Shown here one piece after another: positions 9,786-17,958 of a DNA stretch of 58,228 bases; positions within the stretch are counted from its first letter, which is position 1; each line of letters begins with the position of its first letter. The position numbers and the translations under genes are program-made. This DNA is from Abditibacteriaceae bacterium (GTDB lineage: Bacteria; Armatimonadota; Abditibacteriia; Abditibacteriales; Abditibacteriaceae), in the NCBI GenBank assembly GCA_031372065.1, contig JANMKN010000250.1, positions 1-58,228 of the forward strand, read 5' to 3'. Under the pieces are notes generated by a model. That model was not told the DNA's origin and searched no databases. It saw nothing but the letters and a program-made list of their open reading frames with translations.

Positions 9786-9872
9786 AAATGGGGAATGCGA
9801 AATGCGGAGTGCGGAATTTAACACTCCGTCCTGCCCAAAGGGCACCCGCGCACTCTTCACTCCACATTTGAA

Positions 9873-10643
9873 ATGGATGCTCTGATTTTGGCCGGTGGCA
9901 AAGCGCCTGATGATCTACTGGATAAAGCGCCGTCTGGTGATCGCGCGCTGATTGATCTCGAAGGCAAAACGCTGCTGGCTTACGTTTACGAAGCGCTACG
10001 CCAAACGCCCGGCATCGAACGCATCGCCGTGGCCGGTTTGCCCGGCACATTAGCCGCTTTGGAACAAGTCGCGCCGGGCGCCTTGCCCGCACCCGCAGCG
10101 GAAACCATGATGGACACTGTTGTTTCGGGCCTTAAAACGCTGAATGCGCCCGATGTTCTGATTAGCACTTGCGATATTCCTCTCGTTGGTCACGCTGCCT
10201 TTGAAGAACTTATCAACAAAACGCGGGCACGAAATCTCGAAGCGTGCTATCCGATTGTGCGCCGCTCGGTATGTGAGGCACGGTTTCCCGAAGGCAAACG
10301 CACTTACGGCAACGTGAAAGAAGGCGCGTTCACGGCGGGCAATGCTGTCATAGTGCAAAGCCATGTCATTGAACCAATGCTTGATTTTTTCAAAGCGTCT
10401 TATAATGCGCGCAAAAATCCTTTGGCAATGGCACGCTTATTTGGCTTCGGTTTTTTGATTAAAGCCCTGACACGCCAACTGCGCGTTGCCGAAGCTGAAG
10501 CCACTATGTCGCGCCTCTTGGGTTGCCGCGCAGGAGCAATTGAAATGGACGATGCCTCAATCGCCTTCGACATTGATAAACTGGAACATTACGATACAGC
10601 CCGCAAAGCTTTGGTAGAGCGGGCTTCATCAGTCTCAGGTTAA
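9873..10643 (+). CDS. MobA-like NTP transferase (nucleotidyltransferase family)
   Basis: ALILAGG N-terminus, STCDIPL, FDIDK. Confidence 0.8.
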   Translation: MDALILAGGKAPDDLLDKAPSGDRALIDLEGKTLLAYVYEALRQTPGIERIAVAGLPGTLAALEQVAPGALPAPAAETMMDTVVSGLKTLNAPDVLISTCDIPLVGHAAFEELINKTRARNLEACYPIVRRSVCEARFPEGKRTYGNVKEGAFTAGNAVIVQSHVIEPMLDFFKASYNARKNPLAMARLFGFGFLIKALTRQLRVAEAEATMSRLLGCRAGAIEMDDASIAFDIDKLEHYDTARKALVERASSVSG

Positions 10644-10655
10644 AAGTGCTAAGTC

Positions 10656-11090
10656 ATGCAAAACAAGCAAGTTATCGCGACACCCGACGCGCCTCCGGCT
10701 CTGGGGCCTTATTCTCAGGCGATTCGCGTCAACGACACCATTTATGTTTCGGGGCAGTTGCCCATGGACCCGAAAACACGCCAATTAATCAACGGCAACA
10801 TGGCGGCGCAAACCGAGCGTGTGTTGCTCAATATTCGCGCCATTTTGGAAGAAGCCGAGGCCTCATTGGAACACGTCGTTAAAATCACGATTTACATGAA
10901 CGACCTCGCGCAATTCGACGAGATGAATCGCGTTTTCGGATTGTTCTTCCCCACCAGCGACCACAGCCCTATGTTGCCTCCGGCTCGCTCCACAGTCGAG
11001 GTTTCGCGCTTGCCTCGCGGCGCCGCTATCGAAATGGATGCCATCGCTGTTGTCACATCGGGCGGCTACACGGATTTCGAGATGTTTTAA
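10656..11090 (+). CDS. ridA: RidA/YjgF family imine deaminase
   Basis: GPYSQA, YVSGQLP, PARSTVEVSRLP, IEMDAIA. Confidence 0.9.
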   Translation: MQNKQVIATPDAPPALGPYSQAIRVNDTIYVSGQLPMDPKTRQLINGNMAAQTERVLLNIRAILEEAEASLEHVVKITIYMNDLAQFDEMNRVFGLFFPTSDHSPMLPPARSTVEVSRLPRGAAIEMDAIAVVTSGGYTDFEMF

Positions 11091-11105
11091 AGCCAATTGA
11101 AGAAC

Positions 11106-11139
11106 AAAAAGCCGGAAGCGAGAATGCTTCCGGCTTTTT
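11106..11139 (+). terminator. Intrinsic terminator
   Basis: AAAAAGCCGGAAGC-loop-GCTTCCGGCTTTTT. Confidence 0.85.
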
Positions 11140-11326
11140 ATTGAGCCAGCGCCCTTCAATTCATTGCAGCAGGGCGTTTTTCACAGCAATAAGTAGACAG
11201 AAAAATAACGTTAAGCCGGTGGCAGGGAATCTGCATAAGAAGGCGCCTACCTCAAATTTAAATTTGGCGAAAACCTTGACTACTATGTATGTCGCTCAAA
11301 GCTTCAACCAAAGAGAGTTGTTCCGT

Positions 11327-11545
11327 ATGAAATCCAAGTTCACACCTTTAGTTATTTCGCTCCTACCCTGCACAGGTTTCTGTGCTTTGGTTTGGTCGGA
11401 TGGGCACCAATGCGATACGCAGGATTTTTCGAATCTTGCAGACGCACGTCACGCTTTTAATGCGATGTGTCAGCATTATCCCTGCGCTGTCCGTGTGGTC
11501 AATGGCGAAGTGCAAACGCAAAACGACATCACATCATACTGGTAG
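11327..11545 (+). CDS. Small hypothetical protein
   Basis: ATG 11327 in frame with ORF 11141..11545; fills the intergenic gap; no recognisable motif. Confidence 0.4.
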   Translation: MKSKFTPLVISLLPCTGFCALVWSDGHQCDTQDFSNLADARHAFNAMCQHYPCAVRVVNGEVQTQNDITSYW

Positions 11546-11554
11546 GCCGTGTTT

Positions 11555-12415
11555 TTAAACAAATTCAATGCCTGCTTCACGCAACAGCGGCGTAAAAAAC
11601 TCTCTATCCACTGCCGTTTGCGCAAAAACTTCGTTTGTTGTCAGATCACGAAAGCTATAGGCGCCTTGATATTCGCTGTGCAGCGAAATCGGGCCATCGA
11701 AATGGCTTTCTTTTAAGCATTGCAACACGCGCGGCCATGGCACATTGCCCTCAGAGAGCGGGCAGAATCTCACTTTATGACGGCGTCCACCCGCGTAACC
11801 GCTGCCATCATTTGTCCAATAGAAATCTTTGACGGCCAACATTATCGTGCGCTCACGCAGTAAATCAAGGCCCATCATCCAAGCGGACGAGCCGCCCTCG
11901 ATAGTCGCGTGCGCCGGATCAAAATAAAGACCAAGCCATTGCGGATCAACATTTTCCAAGGCATAGGCGATGTCGGCTAAATTGGCACCGAAAAAATTGT
12001 GCGAATGGTTGTGATAGCCGCCTTTGATGCCAATTTCTTTGTTTAAAGCCGCTAAATCGGCCAATCGAGCCGCGACTTCTTGCCGCTGTTTGCGCAGCGT
12101 GCCAAAACCTGCATACGAAAAATAACCGAGCTTGTAATAGTGGATGCCTGCCTGCGCAGCAGCGCGCAGAATGGCTTCGTTTTGGGCATCGGTGGCATCC
12201 ATTATCGCCGTCGTAATCATGGCAATGCGCACGCCTTCGTGATGCAGCAGCGCAGCGGCAGCAGGCAGGTCTTGTGTTGCGAGTTCGGGTTCAACGTGGC
12301 CGCCGGAGCGCACTGTAAGGTCAATGGCTTCGAGGTTCATCGCACGCAAACGGCGCGCGGTTTCATCAAGCGGCATTCCGGCGAGATGTTTAGAGAAAAC
12401 ACAAAGTTGAGACAT
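11555..12415 (-). CDS. Sugar-phosphate isomerase/epimerase (xylose-isomerase-like TIM barrel)
   Basis: YHNH, YFDPAH, AVKD, GPISLHSEY metal-site motifs. Confidence 0.85.
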   Translation of the reverse strand: MSQLCVFSKHLAGMPLDETARRLRAMNLEAIDLTVRSGGHVEPELATQDLPAAAALLHHEGVRIAMITTAIMDATDAQNEAILRAAAQAGIHYYKLGYFSYAGFGTLRKQRQEVAARLADLAALNKEIGIKGGYHNHSHNFFGANLADIAYALENVDPQWLGLYFDPAHATIEGGSSAWMMGLDLLRERTIMLAVKDFYWTNDGSGYAGGRRHKVRFCPLSEGNVPWPRVLQCLKESHFDGPISLHSEYQGAYSFRDLTTNEVFAQTAVDREFFTPLLREAGIEFV

Positions 12416-12655
12416 GATGTCTAATTTCCTTCGGACGTGCTTTTAAGCATACGAAATTTCCCAGCGGCCTTTACAAACAATTAAGAAATCGGGCGCAACC
12501 CGACAAAATGCGTCGCGTCTGGCAAGGACGACTTTGCCTTAGTCAGCCGATTGTTAGCAGCGCAGATCACATCAAGAGGCAACCAAATCTACCTTACTGG
12601 CATTGCCTTTGCGCCCTTTAGTGAATCGGAACAGACAACAGCGGAGGACAAGACT

Positions 12656-14341
12656 ATGGAAAACATCAATTCAAATCAACCAACGCGCCGGAAATCGCGC
12701 GGCGTGCTGCTAACTGGCGGCGTGCTGGCGGCTTTGGGCGCCGGATATGCCATTGGCACCAATGTCAATGCCCAACAAGATGCGCCCGGTGGCACATCCA
12801 CCAGCAACGCTCCCGTCGTGAATACGCCTGCGACCCGCGATGCGGCTTTAATGCAAGATGCCTTTGGCGCTGTCGCTAAGGCTGCTGAACCCGCAGTTGT
12901 GACCATCACGACTCAACAGAAAGTTGCCACTGCTTCCCGCTCGCTGCCCGGTTCGCCTCGCGTGCGTCCGTTTGGCAATAACAGCGAAAACGGCGGCAAT
13001 GGCGCTGACCCGTTTGAAGAATTCATGCGCCGCTTTAAAGACTTCGGATTTTCACCGAACAGCGTGCAAAAAGAAAAAATGCGCGGTATGTGGCACGAAG
13101 TCCAAGGTCGCCAGTCTGGTGGCTTGGGTTCTGGCATGATCTACCGACAGGACGGCCTGATTATTACCAATGCGCACGTTGTCAAAGGCGCCGATAAAGT
13201 AACAGTCAAACTCAACGACGGACGCGAGTTTGCCAAAGCTAAAGTTTTGGGCGTGGATGAACGCTCCGATGTGGCTGTTGTGAAAATCGAAGCGACGAAC
13301 CTGCCTACGGTAAAATTCTCGGACTCCGACAAAGTAAAAGTCGGCGACTGGGCGATTGCGGTTGGCAACCCGTTTGGTTTGGAACACACAGTTACAGTCG
13401 GCGTGATTTCGGCCAAAGCGCGCGAAGTGGACGCGTTCTCGCGTCAACGTTCCAGTGCGGGCGAATATTTTCAAACGGACGCTTCCATAAATCCCGGCAA
13501 TTCTGGCGGGCCGTTGCTTGACATTTATGGCCGCGTTATTGGTATCAACAACGCCATTTATAGCGAAAGCGGCGGCAACATTGGCATTGGCTTCGCGATT
13601 CCCATCAATGTGGCGCGCGATATCGCTGACCGTTTGGTCACTGATGGCAAAATTCGCCGTGGCTATTTGGGCGTTAGCATCACGACTTTGGATGAAACTA
13701 CTGCAAAAGGCTTCGGATTGCCCAAGGAAACCAAAGGTGTGTTGATTCAAGACGTGAATCCCGACACGCCGGGGGCAAGAGCCGGCCTGCAAGTAGGCGA
13801 TGTCGTTCAAGAAATCAACGGTCATGCCGTTGCCAAAAGCTCTGAATTGCAACGTGCCGTGCAAGCCGCGCCAGTCAATTCCAAAGCGAGTCTAAAAGTT
13901 TTGCGCAATGGCAAAATCGTAACGCTGACCGCGATGCTTGACGAGCTAAAAGATGAGCCAGCCGCTGGCAACACAGAGGAACCCGAAGAAGAAAAGGTTG
14001 ACCCGCGCAACAATGGCACAGCGCTCAACGACCTTGGAGTTACTGTCAAGACCTTGACGCCTGCACTTGCCACTCAACTGCGTTTGAAGTTGAAGTCGGG
14101 CGTGGTGATTACGGATGTCAAACCCGACTCGCCCGCAGAAAACGCTGGTCTCAATGACGGCGATGTCGTTTTACGCGTTGGCGTGATTCCCGTCAACAAC
14201 GTTAGCGACTTTCAATCTGCCATAAAGAATCTGTTAGCCGGACAAGCTGCCGGCGATAAGCAGATAACAATCTACGTCAACTCCGAAGATAGCACGGGCA
14301 CGCGACGGAATGCCTTCATAACGCTGACTATCGGACAATAA
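12656..14341 (+). CDS. degP: DegP/DegQ (HtrA) serine protease with two PDZ domains
   Basis: RBS GGAGG before ATG 12656; ITNAHV, SDVAVVK, QTDASINPGNSGGPL; two PDZ repeats. Confidence 0.92.
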   Translation: MENINSNQPTRRKSRGVLLTGGVLAALGAGYAIGTNVNAQQDAPGGTSTSNAPVVNTPATRDAALMQDAFGAVAKAAEPAVVTITTQQKVATASRSLPGSPRVRPFGNNSENGGNGADPFEEFMRRFKDFGFSPNSVQKEKMRGMWHEVQGRQSGGLGSGMIYRQDGLIITNAHVVKGADKVTVKLNDGREFAKAKVLGVDERSDVAVVKIEATNLPTVKFSDSDKVKVGDWAIAVGNPFGLEHTVTVGVISAKAREVDAFSRQRSSAGEYFQTDASINPGNSGGPLLDIYGRVIGINNAIYSESGGNIGIGFAIPINVARDIADRLVTDGKIRRGYLGVSITTLDETTAKGFGLPKETKGVLIQDVNPDTPGARAGLQVGDVVQEINGHAVAKSSELQRAVQAAPVNSKASLKVLRNGKIVTLTAMLDELKDEPAAGNTEEPEEEKVDPRNNGTALNDLGVTVKTLTPALATQLRLKLKSGVVITDVKPDSPAENAGLNDGDVVLRVGVIPVNNVSDFQSAIKNLLAGQAAGDKQITIYVNSEDSTGTRRNAFITLTIGQ

Positions 14342-14367
14342 CAAAGGCCGAACCTGCAAGGCAGGCC

Positions 14368-14414
14368 AAAGTAAAGGAGACATGAAAATAATTCATGTCT
14401 CCTTTGCTTTTTTT
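14368..14414 (+). terminator. Intrinsic terminator after degP
   Basis: AAAGGAGACATGAA / TTCATGTCTCCTTT followed by a T-run. Confidence 0.8.
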
Positions 14415-14558
14415 CAGGGTGCTTGTGCGAAAAATATGAAATGCCCTTTCGTGGTTGATACGAATTCGCTGAAGACAATAAGCAAGTGACAAACGTGAAC
14501 TAAAGAAACATCAAACGATATGCGGCCACTTACACTGCCACCCCGTTATAACAACGCA

Positions 14559-14903
14559 TTACGGCTGTTTGCCGCGCGGTTGCAGGACGCTTACCAATGA
14601 TTTCAACAGGCGGGTGCGATATTCCGTCGCTATGGCCACGTTACGCTGATGCAGTTCCAAAAGAGCAGTGTCCACCTCAAAGTTGCCCTCTGCGCTCTGG
14701 TGCATGGGAATTGTGGTTTTGCTATCGCCATCCCATTCCACAATCGTTGAGGCGGCCAAACGTGGCTTGGATTCAACGTCGCCGTCCTCCGACGGCTTGA
14801 CTTCGGTGTAATACGTTTCAACCGTCATTTCGCCAGCGTCTTCGATAGCCTTGACGATCTTTTGCGCGGCGCTGCGGACGGACTTTTCTAACTCATTGGA
14901 CAT
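14559..14903 (-). CDS. Hypothetical protein; stand-alone copy of the domain shared with the two upstream genes
   Basis: RBS AAGGA; LAASTIVEWDGD...LHQRNVAIATEYRTRLL. Confidence 0.8.
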   Translation of the reverse strand: MSNELEKSVRSAAQKIVKAIEDAGEMTVETYYTEVKPSEDGDVESKPRLAASTIVEWDGDSKTTIPMHQSAEGNFEVDTALLELHQRNVAIATEYRTRLLKSLVSVLQPRGKQP

Positions 14904-14914
14904 GGTTTCTTTCC

Positions 14915-15691
14915 TTAAATATTTTGCGGGCTGTTTTGCAGTTCCAGCATTTGTTTGATGAATCTCAGGACGGCTGGCAAGACCAATAAAGGCCCGCCGG
15001 GGAGCGACAAGCGAAGCGACAGGCTGATCGCCATTTGCACAGTGGCGGTGAACATTTTCAGCATTGTTTCACGGGATTTCAACGCCAAAGCGACTGTGCG
15101 TTGATGCAGCATCACCTCCTCGACTGAATTGCTGCCCGGCCATACGGTTTGCACGTCACCCGACCAATTTACGCTGGTGTGGGCCAGCAAACGCCCGGCG
15201 ATGCGGGTTTCGATTGATACACACTCCGCGACACTCTGCCGTAGCTTGTCTATCAGCGTTTGAAAGACCTGCTGCGCCTGCTCCCAGCCTAAGCCGGACA
15301 CCGCTAAATTGTCATCCACACTAAAACTGACAGGCTGCGCTTCGCCTTGTAACAAAGCCAACAATTCGCGTTCGGGTCGGGGCAAATCCATCATGGTTTC
15401 CGCTCCGGCGGTAAACGAAACCGGACCGAGAGGTTCCAATTGTTCCAGCCTGCTCGCCGCCACAGTGAGCAGTTGCTGCGAGCGGCGCAGGCTGTTTTCG
15501 CTTGCGCCAAGACGCGTCGCCGCCAATACAGGGTCAGTCGGCAAATTGACCTGCCAAAGCACTGGAACCGGCGTCGTGGGCACATCGAACGATATATCGC
15601 CCGTCACGCTGTCCATTGCTGTTGCCGCGTTGCTTGTCCACAAGTCCAGCACGTCAATCGGCGCGGCGCCATCGCACAAATTTAGCTCCAT
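14915..15691 (-). CDS. Hypothetical protein with the shared C-terminal domain and a hydrophobic tail
   Basis: Operon spacing; LLAHTSVNWSGD...LHQRTVALALKSRETML; tail LSLPGGPLLVLPAVLRFI. Confidence 0.8.
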   Translation of the reverse strand: MELNLCDGAAPIDVLDLWTSNAATAMDSVTGDISFDVPTTPVPVLWQVNLPTDPVLAATRLGASENSLRRSQQLLTVAASRLEQLEPLGPVSFTAGAETMMDLPRPERELLALLQGEAQPVSFSVDDNLAVSGLGWEQAQQVFQTLIDKLRQSVAECVSIETRIAGRLLAHTSVNWSGDVQTVWPGSNSVEEVMLHQRTVALALKSRETMLKMFTATVQMAISLSLRLSLPGGPLLVLPAVLRFIKQMLELQNSPQNI

Positions 15692-15705
15692 TTAGCTCCA
15701 TGATG

Positions 15706-17910
15706 TTACAGGATTTTGATCACTTGGGCCAAGCCGCTGGCCGCCGAGACCGCAGTTTTGAGTAATTCGGTGCGGTGCGCCTGCGCTTGTTGCACCATTG
15801 CGACGTGGATGGCCCACAAAGCGTCGTCCACGCCGTCCTCGGTGGTCGGCACGCAGATTTCTGTATCGCCATCCAGTTTGATGCGCGTCACAGCGCGCAG
15901 GTGAGCGCCCGCAAACAAATCGTCTTTGCTTTGCCCAGTTTCCATCTTATCGCTAACGTAGGTGGTCACTTCCAACTGCGATATGTTCTGCACGAATTCC
16001 TGCAAAGCGACGCTCAAATCCTCAGTAAATTTGCCTAATGCCGTGCTAACGTTCTCCTTCAAGTCACTGGCTTCTTTAGACGCCGTGCCAAAGACTTTTT
16101 TAATGGTGTCCCCGGCCACACTAAAATCTTCATCTTCGCCGCTTTCTGGGGCACTTTCAGGCGCAGGCGCGCTGACAGAGGACACTGCCGGTGTGGTTTG
16201 TCCGCCTATAGTTACCATAACCGTAATCGGTGACTGGACTGGCATAAGAGGCGCTGAAGGTGTGGCAACCTGCGGCGGTGTGCCACCTGCGTTTCTAACA
16301 GAAGCAGGTTTCGGTTCGTCCGGCACAGTATGCGGTTTTTCGGGTTCTGGCGGTTTTTTTGGCTCTGTTTCGTTCGGTAGTGGCATGATAAGTTTGATAC
16401 TTGGCCTTTCAGTCACAGGCTCACCAGCGGCAGCAACTTGCAACCGCACTGCCGGGTCGCCGAGGATGACGAAACTGCGCGCGTCGTTGTTGGCAGTCCA
16501 CCGTTTACCCAGTTCAACGCGGTCATGGTCGTCGGGTGTGTAGTCGGGATCGTTGAAAATTTCCAGCCTTTCGCTCAGGTCGGAGGACAACTCGGAGTAG
16601 CGTTGGTTGAAATATTCGAACGCCGCACCGACCGGGTAGCCTTCGAGCAATTGCGTTAAGGTGCTTTTATAGGCCGCAAGCTGTGGCCCGGCCATGTCGG
16701 ATACAAAGGAACAACCCCATGCCCGCTCAACGTGACCCAGCACGGCTAAGGCGCCGCCATCGGGGTGGCCAAGCATACGCTGTGGCAATCGCGCCACGAA
16801 AGGATGCGGCGCGATGGCAGTTGGCCCATTGGAAGTTCGATGCGGGAAATCATCCAATTGTGGTGTGCCTGCGCCATAGCAAGCGAAGTGAAACGCGATC
16901 AGCCCCAACAAATTGGCATCGTCCGTGATGTCGTCTGCGGACAGGTAATGTTCACGTTGGACTTTCCCCTCTTGGCGTCTTTGAGGGCCGGGCCAATCTT
17001 GGCAAATCAATGCACCTTGATGGGATAATTGGTGCGGGTCGCCATCCGAAAACCCCATGCCGTGGCTGGCAGTAAAAAGCAGGGCCGGAGGCTGCGCGCC
17101 GCCCATCAACTTCTGCAAATTAGCCTTCCCAGCACCGTTTCCCACCAGCGTTTCGACCTTCCAATCAGGAAAACTCAGCGGACTGACTTCTCCATCAGGG
17201 GCATTCTGGCGTTTGTTAGTTACATAATCGGCCAAGGGTTGCACTAACTGACTGCTGCTTAGGAACGTGGCTCTGTCGTTGTCATTACAAACGCCAACGA
17301 AGGCTGCGCGCCGTGGCAATGCGAAGTTGCTGGTTTCAGCAGCCACCACGCTGCGGGCATATTGCGCGTATTCTTCCGGTGTGGGAAAGTGCAGACGCCC
17401 AACAGCGTATGCCACGTCAAGCTGATATTGAAAGCGATAGGGAATCTCTTGCGGGTCACCGACCAGCAGCAAATAATAAGGCACCTTTTCCGGGTCTGCG
17501 GGGCCGGTGGTGTCGGCGCCCCAGCGCCGCAAAAACTCCTGTTTGGTTTGGTTCGGCTGATATTCCAACACCTTATAATAATTCCTTGCCTGCGCTTTGC
17601 GGTGTTCGAGCAGCACACCCAATGCTTTCTTGACTTTTTCATCGGTGTCCTTCGCAAAGACGACGCCCCAGCCGGTTTCCTCTAATTTTTTGGGGTCTAC
17701 ACCCGCAATCGGAGCAAATTTTTTCGGATCTGTTCGCTTCCGTAGCTCCTCCAAATCGTCCAAGTGTTCTTTGTCCTGCTTTTTATTTTGTTTGCTATCG
17801 CATATTTCCTGCGAAAGTTCCGCTGGCGTCATCGGCGCCAGCAGATACTCGCCAGTCGCGCCGTTGATACCGTTAAAAACTAACTGCTCGTCTGTCACAA
17901 TGTCTGTCAC
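15706..17910 (-). CDS. Gingipain-like C25 (caspase-hemoglobinase fold) cysteine peptidase with Pro-rich linker and C-terminal unnamed domain
   Basis: YYLLLVGDP and AVGRL (C25 N-lobe); catalytic FTASHG and FACYGAG; ILGDPA; RBS AAAGGAG before GTG; no signal peptide. Confidence 0.8.
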   Translation of the reverse strand: MTDIVTDEQLVFNGINGATGEYLLAPMTPAELSQEICDSKQNKKQDKEHLDDLEELRKRTDPKKFAPIAGVDPKKLEETGWGVVFAKDTDEKVKKALGVLLEHRKAQARNYYKVLEYQPNQTKQEFLRRWGADTTGPADPEKVPYYLLLVGDPQEIPYRFQYQLDVAYAVGRLHFPTPEEYAQYARSVVAAETSNFALPRRAAFVGVCNDNDRATFLSSSQLVQPLADYVTNKRQNAPDGEVSPLSFPDWKVETLVGNGAGKANLQKLMGGAQPPALLFTASHGMGFSDGDPHQLSHQGALICQDWPGPQRRQEGKVQREHYLSADDITDDANLLGLIAFHFACYGAGTPQLDDFPHRTSNGPTAIAPHPFVARLPQRMLGHPDGGALAVLGHVERAWGCSFVSDMAGPQLAAYKSTLTQLLEGYPVGAAFEYFNQRYSELSSDLSERLEIFNDPDYTPDDHDRVELGKRWTANNDARSFVILGDPAVRLQVAAAGEPVTERPSIKLIMPLPNETEPKKPPEPEKPHTVPDEPKPASVRNAGGTPPQVATPSAPLMPVQSPITVMVTIGGQTTPAVSSVSAPAPESAPESGEDEDFSVAGDTIKKVFGTASKEASDLKENVSTALGKFTEDLSVALQEFVQNISQLEVTTYVSDKMETGQSKDDLFAGAHLRAVTRIKLDGDTEICVPTTEDGVDDALWAIHVAMVQQAQAHRTELLKTAVSAASGLAQVIKIL

Positions 17911-17958
17911 GTTTTGCTCCTTTGAAATGTGTGAAATGTGTCGTTTTTGGCGAAAGCT

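Noticed and set aside
14559..15691. Calling the small operon genes gasdermins
   Set aside because: Too short or too helical and lacking recognisable gasdermin features; only the operon logic is analogous
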